Assembly (NCBI RefSeq): GCF_000146505.1
Contig: NC_017448.1
Coordinates: 2,580,001-2,612,000 of the forward strand
DNA: 32,000 nucleotides
DNA from: Fibrobacter succinogenes subsp. succinogenes S85
GTDB taxonomy: Bacteria; Fibrobacterota; Fibrobacteria; Fibrobacterales; Fibrobacteraceae
Reading direction: 5' to 3'
In this document: in pieces, positions 1 through 7,622 of the stretch
How positions within the stretch are numbered: position 1 is the stretch's first letter
Layout: every line of letters starts with the position of its first letter
Notes under the pieces: generated by a model
What the model was told of the DNA's origin: nothing
The model's input: the letters and a program-made list of their open reading frames with translations, nothing else
Database searches by the model: none
Translations under genes and position numbers: made by a program

Positions 1-1
1 G

Positions 2-430
2 AAAAACATCCGCTTGCCGTATTTCAAAATCAAAGTGCTCGAGCTTATCCTCTTCTTGAGCCGTCTCGATTCCGAAGCCAAGTACGAAACGGCGGCGCTG
101 ATCCCAAGCGCTTACAAAGGCAAAATGGAACTCCTGCGCGAAATTCTCCGCGAAAATGTCGAAGAGCATTTGACGCTTGAACAGCTTTCCAAGCAAATCG
201 AAATGAGCCCGACGCAAATGAAAAAGTATTTCAAGCTGGCGTACGGCGATTCCATTTATTCGTACCTCAAGACGTACCGCATGAAAAAAGCCACCCAGCT
301 TTTGCTAGATGGCAAATTCAATGTCGCCGAAGTCGCAAGCCGCGTGGGCTATACAAACTCCAGCAAGTTCGCGCAAGCATTCAAGGAATACACCGGCTGC
401 TCGCCCAAGGAATATAAGAACAAGACCTAA
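2..430 (+). CDS. AraC/XylS-family transcriptional regulator, C-terminal HTH domain (5' end lies outside the window)
   Basis: The reading frame is open from nt 2 with no upstream stop, so the TTG at 14 is probably internal. The tail LTLEQLSKQIEMSPTQMKKYFKLAYGDSIYSYLKTYRMKKATQLLLDGKFNVAEVASRVGYTNSSKFAQAFKEYTGCSPKEYK is the classic double helix-turn-helix AraC domain. Confidence 0.8.
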   Translation, partial: KNIRLPYFKIKVLELILFLSRLDSEAKYETAALIPSAYKGKMELLREILRENVEEHLTLEQLSKQIEMSPTQMKKYFKLAYGDSIYSYLKTYRMKKATQLLLDGKFNVAEVASRVGYTNSSKFAQAFKEYTGCSPKEYKNKT

Positions 431-457
431 TCCGTGGCGCATCTCGCCGCATCTCGT

Positions 458-2104
458 TTAAGCGTCGTCTTTTTCCGTGTCGCTTTCGGCGTGCTTCTCT
501 TCGTGCGTTTCTTCATCACGGCTAAGCGGTCTATGTTCGGCAATCTTGATTTCACGCTTGTTGATGTACATATTCTTATCGGCCTTGTTGAACGTCTCTT
601 CAATCGTCGTTCCCTTGGCGTAAGATGCAATTCCAAGTCCGCAAGCAATTGAAATCTGTTTCCACGGGAACGAAGCGTTTTTAGTCAAGTCCATGCTTTC
701 CTTGAGTTGTGTCATAAGCTCGGAGTGATTTTCTAAATCCCTGCCCGTAAGGACTACCAGGAATTCGTCGCCGCCAATTCTAAAGACGGGGCTGTGCGTG
801 AAAATCTGGCAAATCAGCTTGCAGGAATTCACAAGATAGGCGTTTCCGTTTTCATGGCTGTAAGTGTCGTTGATTTCCTTGAGGTTGTTCGTGTCGAGAA
901 CTGCGATGCCGTACGATTTCACCTCGCCTCTTTCAATGCGGTCCTTGAGCTCGGAAAGGTAGCTGTCATAAGCCATCTTGTTGCGCACGCCTGTGAGCGA
1001 GTCTTGGAAGGCGAGTCCCTGCATTTGCTTCATGTGCTGGATGATGTGGAATTTTGCGGCCGCAAAGCTCTTAGCAAGTTCTCCAATTTCATCATTCTGC
1101 TTGATGTTGAATTCGGCGTTCATGTCACCGGTAATCATCTTCTTTGCTTCTTTCGTGAGCTCCTTGAGCGGCTTTGTAATGCTTCTCGAGAAGAAAATCG
1201 TGATGGCGGTTGTGAATGCAAGGAGGAGTAAAATAAAGATGATGCTTTGTCTGATGTGCCTATTTCGCTGGGCGTTGATTTCAAGAATCGGTGCTACAGT
1301 AACTAGGTTCATCCCGTTAATAAGAGGTGTTGATAACATAATCTGGTCTTCTTCTGGCTTGAATGTTAGACCGTTGGGGAGGGTGGGGTGGTAAAGCACA
1401 AAGCCCTCACTATCTTCCAAGAAGGCAAAACCGCTTTGCATAAAGTGCACCTGTGAAAGCTGCTTGGTCATTCCGTCAAAGTCAATGTCGATGCCTGCGA
1501 CGCCAATTTCCTTGTTGTCCAGGAACATCGGAATAACGTAAGAGATGATATAAGCGTTGATGTTCTTGTTGTAGTAAGGCGGAAGCCAAATCGGATTTCC
1601 TGTCATGATCGGCTTGTAGTACCATCCTACATGTTCTACATCCGATGGGCTGTATTGCTTGATGTTTGTAGTAGCGTGGTTTTCGAACATCCCGTTGGAT
1701 GGATTTCGGACGAGGTAAACTCCTTCGCTGGAGTGTGTGATGTCCGGGTTGAATCTGACAAATACGCTTTTTGTGTTAGAGAGGCTGCTTATGGTTGACT
1801 TAAGACGTTCTCTAATGCCATTGATGTTTCTAGACAAATTGTTAGGGTTCGTCAAAAAGGTTGAATCGTCCTTGATCTGGGAAAAAACGCCCGCAGCCGC
1901 AGCCATCGTGTATTTTTCGTGGGATTCAAACAGATTGTTCAGCTTGGCAGCTTCGCTGTTGGCCTGGTCCCGCATGTATTGCATGGAGTTGCGCTGAGTC
2001 GTCTTGCTGATGAACAACGTGCTGAGAATTCCAAGCGATAGTGTGCCGATAAGCGTGCTTGAAAGTGATAGGACTAAAATTTTTGTCTGGATTGAAAACT
2101 TCAT
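458..2104 (-). CDS. Membrane sensor diguanylate cyclase (TM - Cache-like periplasmic domain - TM - HAMP-like linker - GGDEF)
   Basis: 548-aa ORF with an N-terminal TM segment. It has a Cache-like block (GWYYKPIMTGNPIWLPPYYNKNINAYIISYVIPMF), a second TM (IIFILLLLAFTTAITIFF) and a HAMP-like segment. The active-site motif RIGGDEF is intact: nt 761-775 reverse-complement to GGC GGC GAC GAA TTC. Confidence 0.85.
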   Translation of the reverse strand: MKFSIQTKILVLSLSSTLIGTLSLGILSTLFISKTTQRNSMQYMRDQANSEAAKLNNLFESHEKYTMAAAAGVFSQIKDDSTFLTNPNNLSRNINGIRERLKSTISSLSNTKSVFVRFNPDITHSSEGVYLVRNPSNGMFENHATTNIKQYSPSDVEHVGWYYKPIMTGNPIWLPPYYNKNINAYIISYVIPMFLDNKEIGVAGIDIDFDGMTKQLSQVHFMQSGFAFLEDSEGFVLYHPTLPNGLTFKPEEDQIMLSTPLINGMNLVTVAPILEINAQRNRHIRQSIIFILLLLAFTTAITIFFSRSITKPLKELTKEAKKMITGDMNAEFNIKQNDEIGELAKSFAAAKFHIIQHMKQMQGLAFQDSLTGVRNKMAYDSYLSELKDRIERGEVKSYGIAVLDTNNLKEINDTYSHENGNAYLVNSCKLICQIFTHSPVFRIGGDEFLVVLTGRDLENHSELMTQLKESMDLTKNASFPWKQISIACGLGIASYAKGTTIEETFNKADKNMYINKREIKIAEHRPLSRDEETHEEKHAESDTEKDDA

Positions 2105-2107
2105 AAT

Positions 2108-3679
2108 TTACTCGATTGCGTTACGGCTTTTCAACATGTTGTTTTCGGCATTGGCAAGCTGCTCAGAAAGTGAAGACGATTGCGTGTCTTCGCAAATGGC
2201 AATGCCGATGGACAGGCGAACTTGTTCCCACGGGTTTTCTGCGTTGGCGGTGTTCTTTACACTGCTCGCCAATTTTTCTTCAAGTTCCTTGCGGTTCTTT
2301 AAATCGTCGTTTGTGAGGACGACGATAAATTCGTCTTCATTTACTCTAAATACGGGGCTGTGGTCAAATGTGGTGCAGATGAGCCTGCTTGCAGTTTGCA
2401 ATAACGTGATAGCCTTTGTATTGCCGAACTTGTTCTTAATCTTGAAAAGGTTGTCAACGCTTGCAACGAGAATCCCGTAAGACTTGATCTCTCCTGAAGA
2501 AGCGCGCATGCTGAATTCTGCGATGTAATGGTCAAATGAATTCCTGTTGCGGACGCTTGTCACCGGATCCCTGAAGGCGAGCCCCTTGATATGTCCCATC
2601 GTTTCGGCGAGCCTCATTTTTGCCTTGACAAAACTTTGGGCGAGGTCTCCGATTTCATCGTTTCTGGTGATGTTGAGCTCAATTCCCATCTTGCCGTCGA
2701 TGAGCCTGTTTGCGTAATCGGTCAGGAGTTTGAGGGATTTCGTAATTGAATTTGCAAAAATGAGCGAAGCGAAAATAAAGATGACCAGAATCAGCATCGT
2801 AATCAGCACGAGATTTTTGATGAGGCTATTTCGGTCTGCGGTAATGGATGTCTTGGGAATGACGAACGTCAAGTCCATCCCGTTGATGAGCTTGTTGTGA
2901 ACGAGGAGGTTGTTGTCGGGGAGTGTGTAGGGCCTCCCCCTCGGAATGCTTGGATGGAAAAGAATGCTGCCGTTCTTGTCGGCGATGAATGCGTAGTCGT
3001 TGTCAAAAAGCCTTATGGACGCAATTTCCTGTGTGATGTAGTCAAAGTCGATATCAACACCGACAATGCCGATTTCCTGGTTGAACTTGAACAACGGAAT
3101 GACGTACGAAATCATGTAGATGCCGGTGTTCTTGTTCATGTAGGGCTGCATCCACGTGGGCCGCTTTGTCTGTACCGGTACGTAATACCAGCCGACATGC
3201 TCGATGTCGCTCGGGTCGTACTTTGAAAAGTCGGTGGGGTCGACAAATTTGAGGTTGTGGTCTTTCGACGTCTTTGTCATGAATATGCCCGAAGTCGGGG
3301 GCGTAAGCTTGGGATTGAACCGCAAGTAGGCGGCTACCGCCTTTTCGGTATTGCCGATAGTGAGGCGGATGAGTTCGCGGCTCTTTTCGGTGAATTCCGC
3401 AAGCAACGTTTCGTCAGTCAGCTGTTCAAGGCTGTCCAGCATGCCGCTGATGGCAATCTCTAGCGTGTTGACGTATTGCTCGATGCTTTTGAGACGGCTG
3501 TTTATTTTTAGGGTTTCGGTGTTTGTCAGGGCGTGGAGGTTTCGTTCCGTTCCTTCATGGACAACCTTGTCCGTAGTGAACAGGCAGAGTCCTCCGAATG
3601 CAAGTGCGCAGAGAATTAGCCCTGAAAGAGCAAGTGTCAATACTCTTGTCTGTATTGTAGCTCTTAACCGACGTCTCAT
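2108..3679 (-). CDS. Paralogous Cache/HAMP sensor with a degenerate GGDEF domain (NEDEF), probably not catalytic
   Basis: 523-aa ORF with the same architecture as the downstream gene (GWYYVPVQTKRPTWMQPYMNKNTGIYMISYVIPLF). The motif reads RVNEDEF: nt 2327-2341 reverse-complement to AAT GAA GAC GAA TTT. Other positions in the catalytic region also differ from the paralog (VDNLFKIKNKFGNTKAI versus LDTNNLKEINDTYSHENGNAYL). Confidence 0.85.
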   Translation of the reverse strand: MRRRLRATIQTRVLTLALSGLILCALAFGGLCLFTTDKVVHEGTERNLHALTNTETLKINSRLKSIEQYVNTLEIAISGMLDSLEQLTDETLLAEFTEKSRELIRLTIGNTEKAVAAYLRFNPKLTPPTSGIFMTKTSKDHNLKFVDPTDFSKYDPSDIEHVGWYYVPVQTKRPTWMQPYMNKNTGIYMISYVIPLFKFNQEIGIVGVDIDFDYITQEIASIRLFDNDYAFIADKNGSILFHPSIPRGRPYTLPDNNLLVHNKLINGMDLTFVIPKTSITADRNSLIKNLVLITMLILVIFIFASLIFANSITKSLKLLTDYANRLIDGKMGIELNITRNDEIGDLAQSFVKAKMRLAETMGHIKGLAFRDPVTSVRNRNSFDHYIAEFSMRASSGEIKSYGILVASVDNLFKIKNKFGNTKAITLLQTASRLICTTFDHSPVFRVNEDEFIVVLTNDDLKNRKELEEKLASSVKNTANAENPWEQVRLSIGIAICEDTQSSSLSEQLANAENNMLKSRNAIE

Positions 3680-3904
3680 CTATTTCCCCAAAATTTCGAT
3701 GACCTTTTTGTTGTTTGTGGAGCCCATGACAACCGAAACATCTCGCTTGTGGACGTGGAAGTAATCGGCTATCAGTTCGCAAATTGCCGCATTCGCGGCT
3801 CCGTCGACTGGCGGCGCCTTGACCTCAACCTTGTAGCTCCCGTCGGGCTGAGGTGTGACGCTCTCTCTCTTGCTGCGCGCGTGTACCTTGATGTTGATTC
3901 TCAT
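3680..3904 (-). CDS. DUF167 / YggU-family small protein
   Basis: 74-aa ORF. The segment VKAPPVDGAANAAICELIADYF...V.VV.G is the YggU/DUF167 signature as I remember it. Its stop codon directly abuts the ATG of the downstream sensor gene (0-nt gap). Confidence 0.7.
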   Translation of the reverse strand: MRINIKVHARSKRESVTPQPDGSYKVEVKAPPVDGAANAAICELIADYFHVHKRDVSVVMGSTNNKKVIEILGK

Positions 3905-3910
3905 GGTGCG

Positions 3911-4420
3911 CTAGGTGAGGGCGATGCCGTCGTTCTGTATCGTCGCGGGCGCCTCAAATTCTCTCTGCTGGTCGTTTTCCATCGCGGAGAGGAGTTCGTC
4001 CTGGCTGTGGATGAGGGCGCGGCAGCGGATAAAGTAGTTTGTGCGGAGCTGGCGGAGCTGCTCAATTTCGGTGCGGAGGTTTTCGCTTTCGCGCTTGATG
4101 CTCTCGACTTCGCGCATGGCGCGAGCCTTTGCTTCGGCGATGATGATTTCCGCTTCCTTTTCGGCAGATGCCTTCACTTCGTTAATCGTGCGCTGCATCG
4201 TCACAACGGCGTCCTGAATCGTCTTTTCGATTTGGCGGTAGTAGTTCACGCGTTCTTCGGCGACTTTCAGACGTTCGGTCAGGTTCGTGCGGTCGCGGAA
4301 CATGTTTTCAAACGCGGTCGCCGTGGTTTCCAGAAAAGCCTTCACTTCTTCCGGATCGTACCCCTTAAAAGATTTCTTGTGGAAAGTCTGGTTTCTAATA
4401 TCAAGCGGAGTGAGTTCCAT
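3911..4420 (-). CDS. divIVA: DivIVA-domain protein
   Basis: The N-terminus MELTPLDIRNQTFHKKSFKGYDPEEVKAFLE is the canonical DivIVA lipid-binding head. The rest is coiled-coil-like. There is a 6-nt gap to the DUF167 gene. Confidence 0.8.
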   Translation of the reverse strand: MELTPLDIRNQTFHKKSFKGYDPEEVKAFLETTATAFENMFRDRTNLTERLKVAEERVNYYRQIEKTIQDAVVTMQRTINEVKASAEKEAEIIIAEAKARAMREVESIKRESENLRTEIEQLRQLRTNYFIRCRALIHSQDELLSAMENDQQREFEAPATIQNDGIALT

Positions 4421-4481
4421 AAAATCCTGCTTTTACGCTATAATCTATTATATAAGTAAAAGATATAAAAGCTTTGGGCGG

Positions 4482-4598
4482 TTTATAGAACTTAGTTAGC
4501 AGAACTTAGAACTTAGAGGTGATTTATAGAGCTTAGTTGGCAGAATTTAGGGGTGTTTTCTAAGTTCTAAGAGCGAAGCGAGCTAAGATCTAAGTTCT
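4482..4598. repeat. Cluster of direct and inverted CTTAG/CTAAG-based repeats in the divIVA/rpmH divergent intergenic region
   Basis: A 28-nt direct repeat occurs at 4482-4509 (TTTATAGAACTTAGTTAGCAGAACTTAG) and 4523-4550 (TTTATAGAGCTTAGTTGGCAGAATTTAG), 25/28 identical. A 13-bp inverted repeat pairs 4505-4517 (CTTAGAACTTAGA) with 4559-4571 (TCTAAGTTCTAAG). A further copy, CTAAGATCTAAGTTCT, sits at 4583-4598. Confidence 0.6.
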
Positions 4599-4757
4599 GG
4601 AATTTTGTATTTGCACATTTACTAACCACTAACCACAGCCTACTGCGAACTAAAAATATCTGTTTACATCTTGTTAATACATTGTGCTTTCGCTGAACGC
4701 TTTTTGTTTGAGTCCCGTTAAGGGTGAAAAATTACCCTTTAGGCCGATTGTAACCCC

Positions 4758-4785
4758 TTGATAAATACCGACATTTTACTAAATT
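4758..4785 (+). promoter_or_regulatory. Candidate sigma70-like promoter for rpmH
   Basis: TTGATA (4758-4763), a 16-nt spacer, then TAAATT (4780-4785). It lies about 43 nt upstream of the rpmH ATG. This is a pattern match only, and promoter rules in Fibrobacter are not well defined. Confidence 0.25.
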
Positions 4786-4827
4786 TGAGTCTCAAAAAAA
4801 TTCTGTTTTCATAGAAAGGTTTTTATC

Positions 4828-4983
4828 ATGAAAAGAACATTCCAGCCTCACAATCGTAAGCGCGTTAACAAGCACGGTTTTATGGCCCGTATGGAAGACC
4901 GTTGGGGTCGTGCTGTCTTGAGCCGTCGCCGTGCTAAGGGCCGTAAGGTCCTCACCGTTAGCGACGAAATCTATAAGAAGTAA
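4828..4983 (+). CDS. rpmH: 50S ribosomal protein L34
   Basis: Hand translation gives [51 protein letters not shown] (51 aa). The MKRTFQP...KHGF..RM core is nearly universal for L34. It is missing from the ORF track because it is under 60 aa. A GAAAGG Shine-Dalgarno lies about 9 nt upstream. Confidence 0.95.
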   Translation: MKRTFQPHNRKRVNKHGFMARMEDRWGRAVLSRRRAKGRKVLTVSDEIYKK

Positions 4984-5006
4984 GTCGGGGCTGGCTTATA
5001 GCCACT

Positions 5007-5360
5007 CTGCGTTCTTATCGGCTGCCCAATCAGCCCGCTTACCGGCAAGTAGCCGTCCAAGGGAAGTTTCTCCGCGCGCCTGCTTTTAGCATGCGATGGA
5101 TTGAAGCTCCGGACGGTTTTTGTCGTTTCTGCTTCTTAGCCAAGAAGAAGAACGGAAATGCCGTGTATCGCAATAAGTGCCGTAGGATCCTACGTCCACT
5201 GTTTTATGGTATTGTCCCGAATATCAAAAAGCCCGTCTGGGCAATGATTATCGTGAGCGACAATTCCAAGGAAATGTCCTCTGAACGTTTCCGCGAATCC
5301 GCCCAAAAAATATTCCACAAGATGGAATGGGACAAGCAACCGGATGTGGCAGAAGCTTAA
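5007..5360 (+). CDS. rnpA: Ribonuclease P protein component (start uncertain; the ATG-delimited ORF begins at 5091)
   Basis: An RNR-type motif is present: KKKNGNAVYRNKCRRILR. The frame is open from 4977. The upstream in-frame peptide ...SYRLPNQPAYRQVAVQGKFLRAPAFS aligns by eye with RnpA N-termini (E. coli ...RLLTPSQFTFVFQQPQRAG...). There is no ATG, GTG or TTG between 4977 and 5091. In-frame CTG codons lie at 5007 and 5022, and an ATA at 4998. Confidence 0.75.
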   Translation: MRSYRLPNQPAYRQVAVQGKFLRAPAFSMRWIEAPDGFCRFCFLAKKKNGNAVYRNKCRRILRPLFYGIVPNIKKPVWAMIIVSDNSKEMSSERFRESAQKIFHKMEWDKQPDVAEA

Positions 5361-5595
5361 AAATGCCCTGGTGGCGGCTTTGATTGCCCCCATCCGTCTA
5401 TACCAACTGGTACACCCCTATTTTTTTCATGGGGTCTGTAGATTCCAGCCTACGTGTTCAAACTACGCAATTGAAGCTTTACGCCTACACGGGCCTATCA
5501 AAGGTTTCTATCTTGCGGTTTTTAGAGTCTTAAGATGCAACCCCTTCTGCAAGGGCGGATATGATCCCGTTCCGCTCCCTAAGGATAAAAAATGA
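5344..5595 (+). CDS. yidD: Membrane protein insertion efficiency factor YidD
   Basis: The protein contains PIRLYQLV....CRFQPTCSNYAIEALRLHGPIKGFYLAVFRVLRCNPFCKGGYDPVP, the YidD signature. It overlaps rnpA by 17 nt and yidC by 4 nt (ATGA). Confidence 0.9.
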   Translation: MWQKLKNALVAALIAPIRLYQLVHPYFFHGVCRFQPTCSNYAIEALRLHGPIKGFYLAVFRVLRCNPFCKGGYDPVPLPKDKK

Positions 5596-7442
5596 ACAAG
5601 AATACACTCATTGGTTCCATCCTTATCGCGGTCATCGTGATTTGGTGGATGGCTGTCAATAATGCAAATGCCGAGGCGCAGGCTGCAGCCCGTGCCGCAC
5701 AGGCTAAGGCTAAAACCGAAAAGCAGGTCGCCGCGGATTCCGCAAAGTCGCTCGTGATTCCGAGTAAGACGCCTGAAATCAAGGCTGCTCCGGTCTTGGG
5801 CGGTACAGACGAAAGACGAGAGACGAAAGACGAGAGTGTAGACTCTGCAAAGGTCGCCCCGAAGGCTGAAATTGCTGAACGCTCCGTGACGGTCGAAACC
5901 GACAAGTTCATCATGACCCTCACCAACAAGGGTGCCAAGGTCAAGAGCATCATCGTGAAGGCTCTCCCGGATTCTACCGGCAAGTTCCCGGAACTCATCC
6001 AGGATACGACGCTCGGCGCATTCGACTTGAAGCTCGACAACGCAGACTTGAGCGAAGCGATGTTCGAACTCGGCAATACGCCTGCAAAGATTGTCGTGAA
6101 CGACAGCGCAAAGGTCCAGTTCGCATTCCAGGACGCAAACGGCAACCAGGTCATCCGTTCTTATGGCTTCACCAAGGAAGGTCCGGCAGTCCGTCAAGAA
6201 AACAAGTTTATCGGTTTCCAACCGACAGCTTACGAGCTCGCATGGAAGGGCGGCCTCAAGGAAACGGAAGATATTCCGAAGTCCAAGGGCATCATGGGCA
6301 TCGGCGGTGGTGGCACCTACTACTTCAGCGAAGTCGTCTTCAATGACCGCTATTCTGTGGAACGCGAAATGCCGCGCGAACAGGCTTCTTTCAATGCTAC
6401 AGAAGGCAAGATCGTTTGGGCAGGGCTGCGTCGCAAGTACGTGGCCATGACGGTCCAGTTCGACGAAGCTGTTCCGGCAGTGCTCAAGACAAAGCCGATG
6501 AAGGTCGAAGATAGCGAAGTTGATCCGGGCACGTACAAGCTTACGATTGCCGACGATTTCCGTGGCGCTCAGTCCCTCAGCTACGATTTGATGATTCTCC
6601 CGCTCAAGTGGGATGAACTCTCCGCTCTCAACAAGGACTACGAAAAGATTATCGTGAGTGGCTGGAGCTGGTGCGGTGCAGACGTCTGGTTCGTCTGGAT
6701 TTGCAAGATGCTCCTCAAGCTCTTGAACCTCTTCTACAGCATCATTCCGAACTACGGTGTTGCCATTATCCTCGTGACGCTTATCGTTCGCGGTGTTACG
6801 ACTCCGTTCACCGTGAAGCAGATCAAGTCCACGCGTGGCATGGCCGCTCTCAAGCCGCAGCTCGACGAAATCAATGTGAAGTACCGTACCGACCCGCAGA
6901 AGAAGCAGGCTGCTATGATGGAACTTTACAGCAAGAACAACATCAACCCGCTCGCAAGCTGCACGGGTGGCTGCCTCCCGATGCTCATCCAGATGCCGAT
7001 TTTCATGGGCCTCTTCTTTGTGCTTGGCCGTGCAATCGAACTCCGTGGCGCACCGGCATTCCTCTGGATTTCTGACCTCAGCCGCAGTGACGTTGTCTGG
7101 AACGGTATCAGCATTCCTATCATCATGCCGTCTGGCCTTGCCATCCTCCCGTGGCTCATGGTTGCAACGACTTACTTCCAGACCAAGGTGACGATGGGTG
7201 CTAACGCTGGCATGGATCCTGCGCAGCAGAAGATGATGGTGTGGATGATGCCTGCCATGATGCTCTTGTTCAGCGCCGTGATGCCGTCTGGTCTCGTGCT
7301 CTACTGGATTATCGGTAACATCTGGAGCATTGCTCAGTACAAGTATATCTACAGCAAGTTCCCGCCGGTTAACGGCAACAAGCCCGCCGCTTCTTCCAAG
7401 CTCAAGGGCAAGAACGTCAAGGACGCTGAAATCGTGAAGTAA
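5592..7442 (+). CDS. yidC: Membrane protein insertase YidC (long periplasmic P1 domain plus C-terminal 5-TM core)
   Basis: 616 aa. It has an N-terminal TM anchor and a large periplasmic domain. The conserved core includes NYGVAIILVTLIVRGVTTPFTVKQIKSTRGMAALKPQLDEINVKY, CLPMLIQMPIFMGLF and PSGLVLYWIIGNIWSIAQ. It sits in the canonical rpmH-rnpA-yidD-yidC order. Confidence 0.95.
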   Translation: MNKNTLIGSILIAVIVIWWMAVNNANAEAQAAARAAQAKAKTEKQVAADSAKSLVIPSKTPEIKAAPVLGGTDERRETKDESVDSAKVAPKAEIAERSVTVETDKFIMTLTNKGAKVKSIIVKALPDSTGKFPELIQDTTLGAFDLKLDNADLSEAMFELGNTPAKIVVNDSAKVQFAFQDANGNQVIRSYGFTKEGPAVRQENKFIGFQPTAYELAWKGGLKETEDIPKSKGIMGIGGGGTYYFSEVVFNDRYSVEREMPREQASFNATEGKIVWAGLRRKYVAMTVQFDEAVPAVLKTKPMKVEDSEVDPGTYKLTIADDFRGAQSLSYDLMILPLKWDELSALNKDYEKIIVSGWSWCGADVWFVWICKMLLKLLNLFYSIIPNYGVAIILVTLIVRGVTTPFTVKQIKSTRGMAALKPQLDEINVKYRTDPQKKQAAMMELYSKNNINPLASCTGGCLPMLIQMPIFMGLFFVLGRAIELRGAPAFLWISDLSRSDVVWNGISIPIIMPSGLAILPWLMVATTYFQTKVTMGANAGMDPAQQKMMVWMMPAMMLLFSAVMPSGLVLYWIIGNIWSIAQYKYIYSKFPPVNGNKPAASSKLKGKNVKDAEIVK

Positions 7443-7450
7443 CTAGGTGT

Positions 7451-7614
7451 TGTCATGCCCGCCACCGAGCGGGCATCTCCCTTCGATTTTATCAAGTGCG
7501 CGGGACTGCCCGCGCATTTGTCATTAAAAAAGAAGCCGCATCCACGGCTTCTTTTTGTATTGTATGTCATTCCCGCCAGAGCCTGTCCTGAGCACAGTCG
7601 AAGGAAGCGGGAAT
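7451..7614. repeat. Three GC-rich palindromic (REP-like) hairpins flanking a terminator, between convergent yidC and the GH3 gene
   Basis: Hairpin 1: ATGCCCGC (7455-7462) pairs with GCGGGCAT (7469-7476). Hairpin 2: TGCGCGGG (7497-7504) pairs with CCCGCGCA (7509-7516). Hairpin 3: ATTCCCGC (7569-7576) pairs with GCGGGAAT (7607-7614). Two of them begin with TGTCAT(G/T)CCCGCC. The spurious translation ...VIPARA...SRRKRES is typical of palindromic intergenic repeat elements. Confidence 0.5.
7531..7556. terminator. Bidirectional intrinsic terminator between yidC (+) and the GH3 gene (-)
   Basis: Stem AGAAGCCG (7531-7538) pairs with CGGCTTCT (7545-7552). An A-run lies upstream and a T-run downstream. 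Confidence 0.7.
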
Positions 7615-7622
7615 CTCTTTTT

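Noticed and set aside
431-457. The tandem GCATCTCG GCCGCATCTCG between the convergent AraC and GGDEF genes.
   Set aside because: It is only an 8-9-nt duplication in a 27-nt spacer, too short to interpret.
4482-4598. The repeat cluster as a CRISPR array.
   Set aside because: There are only two direct copies with a 13-nt spacer, plus inverted copies, and no cas genes. The geometry is wrong for CRISPR.
4421-4827. The intergenic region next to rpmH-rnpA-yidC as a replication origin.
   Set aside because: I see no cluster of DnaA boxes (TTATCCACA-like) and no dnaA or dnaN nearby. The repeats present are CTTAG-based.
4972-4990. A programmed -1 frameshift fusing L34 to RnpA.
   Set aside because: The rnpA frame has a TAA at 4974-4976, which leaves only two codons for a shift. 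There is no slippery heptamer (…TATAAGAAGTAA…).
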